From Flavobacteriaceae bacterium (GTDB lineage: Bacteria; Bacteroidota; Bacteroidia; Flavobacteriales; Flavobacteriaceae): a stretch of DNA of 64,000 nucleotides. The notes beneath the pieces are model-generated. The model worked only from the letters and a program-made list of their open reading frames with translations. It was not told the DNA's origin and made no database searches. Every line of letters begins with the position of its first letter. The first letter of the stretch is position 1. The position numbers and the translations under genes are program-made. The stretch is from NCBI GenBank assembly GCA_041392065.1, contig JAWKMU010000005.1, positions 156,340 through 220,339 on the forward strand, in the 5' to 3' direction. Positions 30,287 through 39,509 of this stretch are shown in pieces.

Positions 30287-31798
30287 ATGCAATCCATACA
30301 TTATATAGATTCAAAATGGTTAGACTTAAAAACTATTCATGATTTAGTACAATCATCAAAAAAAATACAATTGTCTAAAGATGCTGTTGAACGTATTACT
30401 AATTGCATAGCGTATTTAGATAACAAAGTAAAAACCAATAAAAGTCCTATTTATGGTATTAACACAGGTTTTGGTTCATTATATAATGTAAAGATTAATA
30501 CCAAAGACCTTACTAAACTTCAAGAAAACTTAGTATTGTCTCATGCTTGTGGTATAGGAGATTACGTGCCACAGGATGTTGTTAAATTGATGTTGTTCTT
30601 TAAAATACAATCGTTAAGTTATGGACATAGTGGTGTGCAGCTGGAAACAGTAAATAGACTAATCGAGTTTTATAACAATGATGTGTTACCAGTTGTTTAC
30701 ACACAAGGATCATTAGGAGCTTCTGGAGATTTAGCACCTTTAGCACATTTAAGTTTGCCTTTGATTGGTAGAGGAGAAGTGTGGTATAAAGATAAAATTG
30801 TAAGTACAGAAAAAATTTATAAGGAATTTAATTGGCAACCTATTGAGTTGCAATCTAAAGAAGGACTTGCTCTTTTAAATGGCACACAATTTATGAGTGC
30901 TTATGGCATACATTTACTTTTAGAAAGTTATAAGCTTTCCTATCTCGCTGATTTAGTTGGTGCAATATCATTAGAAGCCTTTGATGGAAGAATAGAACCA
31001 TTTGATGAATTAGTTCATTTGGTAAGACCACATAACGGACAAATAAAAACAGCATCAAGAATAAAAGAGTTTTTACAAGGAAGCGAATTAATATCCCAAA
31101 AAAAGAAACATGTACAAGACCCTTATTCGTTTAGATGCATGCCTCAAGTACATGGAGCAACAAAAGATACCTTAGAATTTGTGGCTAAAACTTTTATAAC
31201 TGAAATAAACTCCGTTACAGATAATCCAAACGTATTTATAAAGGAAGACAAAATAATTTCAGGCGGAAATTTTCATGGACAACCTTTAGCATTAGCGTTA
31301 GATTATTTAAAAATAGCCATGGCAGAGTTAGGAAATATTTCTGAGCGAAGAACTTTTCAGTTGGTCTCTGGCTCAAGAGGTCTACCAAATTTTTTGGTAA
31401 ATAATCCTGGTTTAAATTCAGGTTTCATGATTCCTCAGTACACAGCAGCAAGCATAGTTAGTGCAAACAAACAGCTTGCAACTCCAGCATCTGTAGATTC
31501 TATTGTTTCGTCAAACGGACAAGAAGATCATGTAAGCATGGGAGCCAACGCAGCAACACAAGCTTACACTTTAGTTTACAACTTGGAAAGCATTATTGCT
31601 ATTGAACTTATGTGTGCATCTCAAGCCTTGCAATTTAGGCTACCAGCTAAAACTTCACAGTTTATATACTCGTTTTTAGAGGCTTTTCAAACCGAAATTC
31701 CTTTTATGGAAGAAGACAGGTTTCTTCATCAAGACATAAGCTCTTCAATTTCTTTTCTAAAAAACTTAAGTATTGAAAGTGAGGAGCTTTTCTATTAA
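30287..31798 (+). CDS. hutH: histidine ammonia-lyase
   Basis: 503 aa. MIO-forming GSLGASGDLAPLAHL. The substrate-selectivity position reads NLVLSHACGIG (Ser-His), which is the HAL pattern rather than TAL (His-Leu) or PAL (Phe-Leu). Confidence 0.85.
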   Translation: MQSIHYIDSKWLDLKTIHDLVQSSKKIQLSKDAVERITNCIAYLDNKVKTNKSPIYGINTGFGSLYNVKINTKDLTKLQENLVLSHACGIGDYVPQDVVKLMLFFKIQSLSYGHSGVQLETVNRLIEFYNNDVLPVVYTQGSLGASGDLAPLAHLSLPLIGRGEVWYKDKIVSTEKIYKEFNWQPIELQSKEGLALLNGTQFMSAYGIHLLLESYKLSYLADLVGAISLEAFDGRIEPFDELVHLVRPHNGQIKTASRIKEFLQGSELISQKKKHVQDPYSFRCMPQVHGATKDTLEFVAKTFITEINSVTDNPNVFIKEDKIISGGNFHGQPLALALDYLKIAMAELGNISERRTFQLVSGSRGLPNFLVNNPGLNSGFMIPQYTAASIVSANKQLATPASVDSIVSSNGQEDHVSMGANAATQAYTLVYNLESIIAIELMCASQALQFRLPAKTSQFIYSFLEAFQTEIPFMEEDRFLHQDISSSISFLKNLSIESEELFY

Positions 31799-31870
31799 TA
31801 AATTGTTAATATTTTCGTTTAAATACATATAAATTAGTTGAACCTGCTTGCAAGACTGTTTATTATGGTC

Positions 31871-31878
31871 TACTTTTG
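31871..31878 (+). promoter_or_regulatory. candidate -7 box (TActTTTG) upstream of the giant gene
   Basis: Exact TAnnTTTG match about 330 nt upstream of the ATG at 32210. It is the only exact match I noted in the 410-nt spacer. Confidence 0.3.
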
Positions 31879-32209
31879 ATTATGCAAGATGAATACATTT
31901 TTATCTGCAAATTTGTAGCGGTTATTTTATGTTTTTTTAACAAATTTTAATCGCTTCTTACACCCAAAAATAATTGTTTAATAGCACAACAATTTTTTGA
32001 TTTTTAGCACATTTTTTTGATTAAGTATTTGCCTTTTGGCAATGCTGATTTTTCAATTTTAATTGGATTTAAAAATAGTTTCATTTTGTCCATATTAACG
32101 TTGATAAGCCCTTTTATCTACTATGTTCTTAAAAATATTTAAGATATGGTAAGTAGCTGAAAAGCTGCATTTTTTAGTGTTAAAATAATTTTAATTAAAT
32201 CTAAATGTT

Positions 32210-35200
32210 ATGTTTATGAACAATTTTACCAGAAGTAGTGGAAATGCCTACTGGCATGCCATTACGAATTTAACTTGTTGTAGCATTGGTTTGAAAAAAG
32301 CACAATGGTTCAAGACCTTTATGGTTTTGGCCCTTTTTGTGTTTAGTTCTACTTCAATGTTTGCACAGAATCGTACTACCTTTTACGAGGTATGCGTCGA
32401 AGACCGTCCTGAAGGACTAACCGAAGAACAAGCCCTTGCATTGTTTCCAAATATGGAATGCGATGGTGAGTTAACTGTTGTTAAAACAGAAGACTTGCAA
32501 GGCAATGACTGCGGTTGGGTTAGCATTTACACTTATACGCTTTATTGCGATGGTGAAGAGTTGGCAAACGAAAAACTAATTTATGAAGGAGGTGATTTAG
32601 AAGCTCCTAAATTAGAAGTTCCAGCTGATGTAACTGTAGAATGTGATGCTATTCCTGAGGTAGGAATGCCAACTGCAACAGACAACTGCGATGACGATGT
32701 AGAAATCACTTACGATGGTGAAGTTAGAATCGGTGATAACGATTGTAGCTATGTTTTACAACGTACTTGGACAGCTACAGACGATTGTGGTTTAACACAC
32801 ACTTTAACTCAAACAATTACAGTTCTTGATACTCAAGCTCCTGAATTAATCAAAGGAGCAGAGGTTCCTACTGGAGAAACTGGATTGAATTTGTGCTTTA
32901 ATGAAAGACCTGAAGGTCCAAGCGCAGAAGAAATTAAAGCTTTATTTGAAGATAATTGTGGTGATGTTATAGTTGAAAAAGAGCCAGTTTTTAAAGGTAC
33001 AGATTGCTTATGGAAAGGGTTCATTAACTATTATATAATGGATAGCTGTGGTAATGAAGCAGATACAATCACTCTTTATTATAATGGTGGTGACAACGAA
33101 GCTCCTGTTTTTGTTGATGCTCCAGAAGATATAGAAGTAGATTGTATTGATCAAATTCCAGCTAACTACGCTTTACAATGGACAGATAACTGTTCGGAAT
33201 CAGATCCTAAATCAAAAGATATAGGTGTTGATGACACTTCAAATTTAGGTGAAGCTTGTGAAGGTGGTGTTATGACAAGAACTTGGACTGTTCAAGATGC
33301 TTGTGGTAACGAGGTTTCTCATACACAAACAATCACAGTTAAGCCAGCTCCTCCAGTTTCATTTGATGAGTTAGAGGATATAGAAATTAAATGTGAAGAA
33401 TTAGATTCATTCGAGCCTGGTCAACTATACTATAGTAATGGTGGTTCAGGTGCTTGTGATATAAGTGGATATGTACAAGGTGTTGCTGAAGACTTTAGTG
33501 ATAACTGTGGTACATTTACTGTAACTTATACTTATAGCGATACTTGTAATTCTATCGAGCATGTTCAAACTGTTACAGTTATTGATGATGTTGCACCAGA
33601 ATTAACAATTCCAGCTGATGAAACAGTTGAGTGTGATGCTGTTCCTGGTATGGGAGAAGCTTATGCTACAGATAATTGTGATACTGATGTAGACGTTAAA
33701 TATGATGGTGAAGTAAGAACAGATGGTGAGTGTACAGATAGCTACACATTAACTAGAACTTGGACTGCTACAGATAATTGTGGTAATTCAACTACTTTAA
33801 GCCAAATAATCACTGTTGTAGATACTACTGCACCAGAATTAACAATCCCAGCTGACGAAACAGTTGAGTGTGATGCTGTTCCTGGTATAGGAGAAGCTTC
33901 AGCTACAGATAATTGTGATACAGATGTTACAGTTGTATTTGTAGATGAAAAAAGAGAAGATGGAGACTGTGCTGATTCTTATTTATTATTCAGAGTATGG
34001 AAAGCTACAGACAACTGTGGCAACTACACAATAAAAACTCAACAAATCACTGTTGTAGATACTACAAATCCAGTTATTGATGGTGTAAACGATGATTACA
34101 CTGCAGAGTGTCCAGAAGATTTAATGTGGAGTGATCCTACAGCTTCTGATAACTGTGATATGGATGTAAATTTAGAATACAGCGATGTTGAAGACTTAGA
34201 CGATTGTGGTTTAGGTACTATTACAAGAACTTGGACAGCTACAGATAATTGTGGAAACTATTCTCAAGCTTCACAAACAATCACTATTGTCGATACTACT
34301 GCTCCTGAAATTGTAGGAGTTGGTGATGATATGACTATTGAGTGTCCAGAACTTCCAGAATTCAGCAGCCCTTATGCTACTGATGCTTGTGACGGACAAC
34401 CATCTTTAACTTATGAAGACGACGACAAGCGTGATGATTGTGGTTTAGGTGAAGTAACCAGAACTTGGACAGCTACTGACTGTGCAGGTAACACAACTAC
34501 TGCTTCTCAAACAATCACTGTTCAAGATACAGTAGCTCCAGTTATCGAAGGTGTTGAAGATAGCTATACTGTAGAGTGTCCAGAAGAATGGTCATTTAGC
34601 GATCCATCTGTAAAAGATGATTGTGATGCACAAGCTTCTTTAGAATATATGGATGATGATAAGCGTGATGATTGTGGTTTAGGTGAAGTAACCAGAACTT
34701 GGACAGCTACAGATTGTGCTGGTAACACAAGTACTGCTTCTCAAACTATTACAATTCAAGATACTACAGATCCAGTAATTACTGTACCAGCTGATGTTAC
34801 TGTTGAGTGTGATGCAATTCCAGCATTAGGAGAAGCTTCTGCTACAGATAACTGCGATGATGACGTACATATTAAATTTGCTGAAGAAAGAACAGAACTA
34901 GGAGACTGCGATAACAGCTATACAATTTTCAGAATTTGGATAGCTACAGACTGTGCTGGTAACTCTGTATTAGGTACTCAAGAAATCACTGTTGTAGATA
35001 CTACTGCTCCAATGATTCATGGTGTAGATGATGATGCAAAAATCGAGTGTCCAGCTGAGCCTATGTTCAGTGAGCCAACTGCTACAGATAACTGTGACGA
35101 AGACGTTACAATTACTTTCGTTGATGATGACAAACGTGATGAGTGTGGTTTAGGTGAAGTAACAAGAACTTGGACAGCTACAGACAACTGTGGTAACTAT

Positions 35201-38200
35201 TCTCAAGCTTCACAAACTATAACTGTAGAGGATAATGAAGCACCAACAATTGAAGGTGTAGAAGATGATTATACAGTAGAGTGTCCAGAAGACTTAGTTT
35301 GGAGTGACCCTTCAGCTAAAGATACTTGTGATGCAGAGCCAGAATTAAGATACGAAGAATCTTCAAATCTTGATGAATGTGGTTTAGGTACAGTAACCAG
35401 AACTTGGTATGCTACAGACTGCGCTGGAAACATGAGCTCAGATACTCAAACTATCACTATTGTTGATACTACAGCTCCAGAAATTGAAGGTGTAGAAGAC
35501 GATTATACCGTTGAGTGTCCAGAAGAATTAGTTTGGAGTGAGCCAACAGCTAAAGATGCTTGTGACGCAGAACCAGGCTTAGATTTCGAAGATACTTACA
35601 ACTTAGATAATTGTGGTTTAGGGACTATTACAAGAACTTGGACTGCTACTGACTGTGCTGGAAATATGAGTTCTGATTCTCAAACAATTACTATTGTAGA
35701 TACAACAGCTCCAGAAATTGTAGGTGTAGAAGACGATTATACAGTTGAGTGTCCAGATGAGTGGTCATTCAGCAATCCTTATGCGACAGATACTTGTGAT
35801 TCTTACCCTTCTTTAGATTATCAAGATGATGATAAGCGTGATGATTGTGGTTTAGGTGAAATTACAAGAACTTGGACAGCTACAGATTGTGCTGGTAATA
35901 CAAGTACTGCTTCTCAAACTATTACAATAGTAGATACAACAGCTCCTGTAATTAATGAAGTTGGAGAAGATTTTATGGTAGAATGCCCAGAAGATTGGTC
36001 ATTTAGTAACCCTTATGCTACTGATGCTTGTGATTCTTATCCTTCATTAGATTATGTAGACGACGACAAAACTGATGAGTGTGGTTTAGGTGAAATTACA
36101 AGAACTTGGACTGCAACTGATTGTGCTGGTAACACAAGTACTGCATCTCAAACAGTGACTATTAAAGATACTGTTGCACCAGTTATTGAAGGTGTAGGTG
36201 AAGATTACAGAGTTGAGTGTCCTGATACTCCTGAATTCAGTGAGCCAACTGTTAAGGATGATTGTGATGCTGAACCTTCATTAACTTTTGAAGATGATGA
36301 TAAGCGTGATGATTGTGGTTTAGGTGAAATTACAAGAACTTGGACAGCTACAGATTGTGCTGGTAACACAAGTACTGCTTCACAAACTATCACTATTTAC
36401 GATGAAACAGATCCTTATTTCAACGAAGAGTTACCACAAGACGTAACTGAAGAGTGTGATGCTGTTACTCCAGCTGTTACTCTTACAGCTTCTGACGCAT
36501 GTGATCCTGAAGTTTTAGTTGATTTCAAAGAAGAAACTACAGAAGGAGATTGCCCAGGTAACTACACTATTGTTCGTACTTGGACTGCTGCTGACTGTGC
36601 TGGTAACAGTATAGAGCACGTACAAACTGTTACTGTTCAAGATACTACAGCTCCAGAAGAAGGTGATAACTTTGAGCTTCCTGCAAGCGTTAACGAAATT
36701 AACGGTTGTCAAGATGATTACTTAGCACCTCCTATGACTGAAGAAGAATTTGCAGCTATGTTTACTGACAATTGTAGTAATGTAGTAGTTACACTATTCT
36801 CAAGTCCAGTTGGTAATGATTGTGGATGGTCTATCATTCATATCTATACTGTTGCTGATGACTGTGGTAACATATTAGGTGATTACAAAGTATACTACTC
36901 AGGTGAAGACTTAACTGCACCAGAATTAGTAGGAGTTCCTGCTGATATGATGTTAGAGTGTACTGACGAAATCCCTGCTGCTGCAGATGTAACAGCTATT
37001 GATACTTGTGATGACGATGTTAAAGTTCACTTAGATGAAAGCACTGTTAACTACGAGTGTGAAGGTAACTACGATATCATCAGAACTTGGACTGCTACAG
37101 ATGATTGTGGTAACTCAATTTCTGCTACTCAAACTATTGAGGTTAGAGATAACGAAGCTCCTGAGTTAATAGGTGAATTACCAGAAGGTGATAACCAAAT
37201 TGATGCTTGTGCTCCTGATACTGAAAATGAATTAGCTGGATTAGGCGTACTAACTGCTGATGAATTTGCACAATTATACCAAGACAACTGTAGTGGTGTT
37301 GTTGTAAACAGAGTTGTTAACCTTGATGGTGACGATTGTAAGTGGATCCTTTGGGTACGTTACGATATCACTGATGGTTGTGGTAACGAAGCTCAATCTG
37401 TTAAAGTATGGTACCATGGTGGTGATATGAGTGCTCCTGTACAAACAGGATTATGTACTGACGAAGCTATGGATATCTACACTAGCGATACAGGAATTTG
37501 CCCAGCAGATGCTACTATCACTTACGATAGTGAAATCTCTAATGCTGGTGGTCAAGTATCTGTTGGTGGAGTTACTTTCGGATTCAATAACTTGAAACCA
37601 TGTTTTGAAGATAATTGTACTGCACAAGACGACTTAGTATTTACTGTAGTTGGTACTGACGAAGGCGATGATAAAGCTTGCCCACGTACTATGACCATCA
37701 CTTTTGATGTGTCTGATGCTTGTGGTAATACTTACGAAGGTTTTGTATGTACATTTGTTATCATTGATGATGTTGCACCAACATTCGATAACTACGTTGA
37801 TGAAGTTATATATGTAGAGTGTGATGAAGAATTACCATCTTACGATGTTAAGGCTTCTGACAACTGTGATGATAATGTTGATGTTGAGTACTCTGAAAGC
37901 GAATGTGATCAAGCTAATCATAGTCATGGTCAAGGATGCTTCTTAGATTGCGTAATGAGAACTTGGACAGCTACTGACGAGTGTGGTAACACTACTACAC
38001 AAGTACAATACGCAGTGATTATTGATAATACTGCACCAACATTTGAAAACGCACCAGGATTAGACCCTCAAAACCCAATTAATTTAGGTGTTAATGAGTT
38101 TGACTACTTCAATGATCCTGCATGGTTTGACAGATGGATAGAAATGTTGAATACTGTTAAAGTAGATTTAGTTGATAATTGTACTGCAACTAGACAAGCT

Positions 38201-38782
38201 GGTTGGTATAATAGTAATGCTAGTGGTTATTGGAATAATGATTATACTGAGTTAACTTGGTATGGTTATTTAGTTTTCAATGCATCATCATTTACTGATC
38301 TTAATGGTATTGGTGACAATGTTGATGATTGTGGTAATCCAGTTCAAGAAGAAATTGTGGTTTACTACTACTTTACTAATCCTTATCCAATACTATATGG
38401 ACCAAGCAATAACATTTGTGAAGTTACTATAGATACAGAAGGAAATGTAACAGAGACTCCTTGTAATAATCAAGCGCAAGCTAATGACACAACTGGAGAT
38501 TCTATGGTAGAGTTAGACTTTACTGCGTTCCCTGTACCATTTGATAGAGAAGTTAGCGTTAAATTCAACTTTGAGTTTGATACTGATGTAACTATAGAGG
38601 TACATGATACTAAAGGTCTATTAATAATGAGTGAAACACTTAAAGGAGTTAGAAAAGGTTCTGACACTATGAGAAAGTTAGATCTTTCTAAAGGTGCTGA
38701 TCAGTTGTTCTACATTACTGTAACAACTAACCAAGGATCTGTAACTAAGAAAGTTGTTTCTTCAAATATTAGAAGACGATAG
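32210..38782 (+). CDS. giant T9SS-secreted cell-surface protein made of tandem Cys-rich HYR-like repeat units
   Basis: 2190 aa. A hydrophobic signal (MVLALFVFSSTSMFAQ) follows a 37-aa N-terminal extension, so ATG 32321 is an alternative start. There are about 21-23 units ending in [TRTW]TATDxCGN...SQTITVxDTTAPE, each with about 4 Cys. The last roughly 80 aa (FTAFPVPFDREVSVKFNFEFDTDVTIEVHDTKGLLIM...) fit the type-A Por secretion-tail pattern. Confidence 0.85.
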   Translation: MFMNNFTRSSGNAYWHAITNLTCCSIGLKKAQWFKTFMVLALFVFSSTSMFAQNRTTFYEVCVEDRPEGLTEEQALALFPNMECDGELTVVKTEDLQGNDCGWVSIYTYTLYCDGEELANEKLIYEGGDLEAPKLEVPADVTVECDAIPEVGMPTATDNCDDDVEITYDGEVRIGDNDCSYVLQRTWTATDDCGLTHTLTQTITVLDTQAPELIKGAEVPTGETGLNLCFNERPEGPSAEEIKALFEDNCGDVIVEKEPVFKGTDCLWKGFINYYIMDSCGNEADTITLYYNGGDNEAPVFVDAPEDIEVDCIDQIPANYALQWTDNCSESDPKSKDIGVDDTSNLGEACEGGVMTRTWTVQDACGNEVSHTQTITVKPAPPVSFDELEDIEIKCEELDSFEPGQLYYSNGGSGACDISGYVQGVAEDFSDNCGTFTVTYTYSDTCNSIEHVQTVTVIDDVAPELTIPADETVECDAVPGMGEAYATDNCDTDVDVKYDGEVRTDGECTDSYTLTRTWTATDNCGNSTTLSQIITVVDTTAPELTIPADETVECDAVPGIGEASATDNCDTDVTVVFVDEKREDGDCADSYLLFRVWKATDNCGNYTIKTQQITVVDTTNPVIDGVNDDYTAECPEDLMWSDPTASDNCDMDVNLEYSDVEDLDDCGLGTITRTWTATDNCGNYSQASQTITIVDTTAPEIVGVGDDMTIECPELPEFSSPYATDACDGQPSLTYEDDDKRDDCGLGEVTRTWTATDCAGNTTTASQTITVQDTVAPVIEGVEDSYTVECPEEWSFSDPSVKDDCDAQASLEYMDDDKRDDCGLGEVTRTWTATDCAGNTSTASQTITIQDTTDPVITVPADVTVECDAIPALGEASATDNCDDDVHIKFAEERTELGDCDNSYTIFRIWIATDCAGNSVLGTQEITVVDTTAPMIHGVDDDAKIECPAEPMFSEPTATDNCDEDVTITFVDDDKRDECGLGEVTRTWTATDNCGNYSQASQTITVEDNEAPTIEGVEDDYTVECPEDLVWSDPSAKDTCDAEPELRYEESSNLDECGLGTVTRTWYATDCAGNMSSDTQTITIVDTTAPEIEGVEDDYTVECPEELVWSEPTAKDACDAEPGLDFEDTYNLDNCGLGTITRTWTATDCAGNMSSDSQTITIVDTTAPEIVGVEDDYTVECPDEWSFSNPYATDTCDSYPSLDYQDDDKRDDCGLGEITRTWTATDCAGNTSTASQTITIVDTTAPVINEVGEDFMVECPEDWSFSNPYATDACDSYPSLDYVDDDKTDECGLGEITRTWTATDCAGNTSTASQTVTIKDTVAPVIEGVGEDYRVECPDTPEFSEPTVKDDCDAEPSLTFEDDDKRDDCGLGEITRTWTATDCAGNTSTASQTITIYDETDPYFNEELPQDVTEECDAVTPAVTLTASDACDPEVLVDFKEETTEGDCPGNYTIVRTWTAADCAGNSIEHVQTVTVQDTTAPEEGDNFELPASVNEINGCQDDYLAPPMTEEEFAAMFTDNCSNVVVTLFSSPVGNDCGWSIIHIYTVADDCGNILGDYKVYYSGEDLTAPELVGVPADMMLECTDEIPAAADVTAIDTCDDDVKVHLDESTVNYECEGNYDIIRTWTATDDCGNSISATQTIEVRDNEAPELIGELPEGDNQIDACAPDTENELAGLGVLTADEFAQLYQDNCSGVVVNRVVNLDGDDCKWILWVRYDITDGCGNEAQSVKVWYHGGDMSAPVQTGLCTDEAMDIYTSDTGICPADATITYDSEISNAGGQVSVGGVTFGFNNLKPCFEDNCTAQDDLVFTVVGTDEGDDKACPRTMTITFDVSDACGNTYEGFVCTFVIIDDVAPTFDNYVDEVIYVECDEELPSYDVKASDNCDDNVDVEYSESECDQANHSHGQGCFLDCVMRTWTATDECGNTTTQVQYAVIIDNTAPTFENAPGLDPQNPINLGVNEFDYFNDPAWFDRWIEMLNTVKVDLVDNCTATRQAGWYNSNASGYWNNDYTELTWYGYLVFNASSFTDLNGIGDNVDDCGNPVQEEIVVYYYFTNPYPILYGPSNNICEVTIDTEGNVTETPCNNQAQANDTTGDSMVELDFTAFPVPFDREVSVKFNFEFDTDVTIEVHDTKGLLIMSETLKGVRKGSDTMRKLDLSKGADQLFYITVTTNQGSVTKKVVSSNIRRR
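33350..36420 (+). repeat. intragenic tandem coding repeats, period about 237-243 bp
   Basis: Some unit pairs are nearly identical at the DNA level. 33593-33690 matches 33830-33927. An approximately 110-bp block, gatgataagcgtgatgattgtggtttaggtgaa..acaagaacttggacagctacagattgtgctggtaacacaagtactgcttc, recurs at about 34421, 34655, 35825 and 36292. Confidence 0.9.
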
Positions 38783-38822
38783 TTAGAGGAGATAGATTTT
38801 AAATATCTATTTTAACAAGAAG

Positions 38823-38851
38823 GCAGCCATTGAAAAATGGCTGCTTTTTTT
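38823..38851 (+). terminator. rho-independent terminator after the giant gene
   Basis: Stem gcagccat/atggctgc with loop tgaaaa, followed by 7 T. Confidence 0.85.
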
Positions 38852-38853
38852 AT

Positions 38854-38990
38854 TGTCATTCATAACAAGCAAAGTGATGTGAAGAATCTCTACTAAGTTT
38901 TCAAGATCCTAAACTAAATTCAGGATGACAACTATAAGTGATTAAAATGAAATCTTGTCATTCAGAACGAGAGTAGCGATGCGAAGAATC
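38854..38990. repeat. cluster of three short intergenic repeat units (two 'TGTCATTC..GAAGAATC' units flanking one 'GATCCTnAA..TTCAGGATGACA' hairpin unit)
   Basis: Unit a1 is 38854-38890, unit b is 38905-38930 and unit a2 is 38956-38990. Related units occur at 63641-63699 (b in the opposite orientation, followed by an a-like unit gtcattgcgaacaaagtgaagcaatctc). Confidence 0.75.
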
Positions 38991-39055
38991 TATATAAAAA
39001 CAACCAAAACCTCTGTTTCTCCTCAAAAAATAGGAAGTTTTAGTATCTCACATTA

Positions 39056-39427
39056 TTATTTATTTAATATCGTTTTAGCCCAAGACTTGGCATCATTGAG
39101 AGAAGTGAATATTTCAAAAGGTTTGTCTAAAAACAGTTTTTCAATTTCAGCATTACCTTTGGCTAAAGGTGCTTTTGCTACAACAGCAAATCCTGCCAAA
39201 TTAAATATTTTTGAAGTCTGCAAATAAATGGAAGGGTCAACTGAATAAGAAAATTTTCTATATGTAATATATACAAAAGGTCTGTCGTAAAAATATTCAT
39301 TGGCAATATCTTCAAGAATTTTGTTTTTGTCAGGTGTTAGATGAAATCCTTCATTAATACAAGAAATTACATAATTGTCGTAAACTTCTATTGTACAAAA
39401 AGGATATTTTAAGGTCTTCTTAGGCAT
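39056..39427 (-). CDS. hypothetical protein (possibly a STAS/SpoIIAA-like fold)
   Basis: 123-aa ORF with no clear motif. The fold guess comes only from its length and alternating pattern. Confidence 0.4.
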   Translation of the reverse strand: MPKKTLKYPFCTIEVYDNYVISCINEGFHLTPDKNKILEDIANEYFYDRPFVYITYRKFSYSVDPSIYLQTSKIFNLAGFAVVAKAPLAKGNAEIEKLFLDKPFEIFTSLNDAKSWAKTILNK

Positions 39428-39456
39428 GACTAAATTTAAAGATAATTAATTATTAT

Positions 39457-39485
39457 AAAAAAAAACTCCACTATTTAAGTGGAGC
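39457..39485 (-). terminator. rho-independent terminator after the Clp ATPase gene
   Basis: On the minus strand: gctccac-ttaaata-gtggag followed by 9 T. Confidence 0.8.
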
Positions 39486-39509
39486 TTAAATATAATTTTT
39501 CAATCTTAT

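Noticed and set aside
30287-31798. An MIO-dependent ammonia-lyase that might be a tyrosine or phenylalanine ammonia-lyase feeding a pigment or secondary-metabolite pathway
   Set aside because: The selectivity position reads Ser-His (NLVLSHACG), as in histidine ammonia-lyases, not His-Leu (TAL) or Phe-Leu (PAL). No polyketide or flexirubin genes are adjacent.
33350-36420. Regular ~240-bp periodic repeats that could superficially suggest a CRISPR-like or satellite array
   Set aside because: The repeats lie entirely within one long open reading frame and are multiples of 3 (237-243 bp). They encode conserved Cys-rich protein modules. There are no short unique spacers between identical short repeats, and no cas genes are nearby.
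38955-39227. A 90-aa ORF on the + strand
   Set aside because: Its 5' part is a translation of the intergenic repeat unit a2, and its 3' part is antisense to the better-supported 39056..39427 gene. This is a typical spurious ORF over repeat elements.
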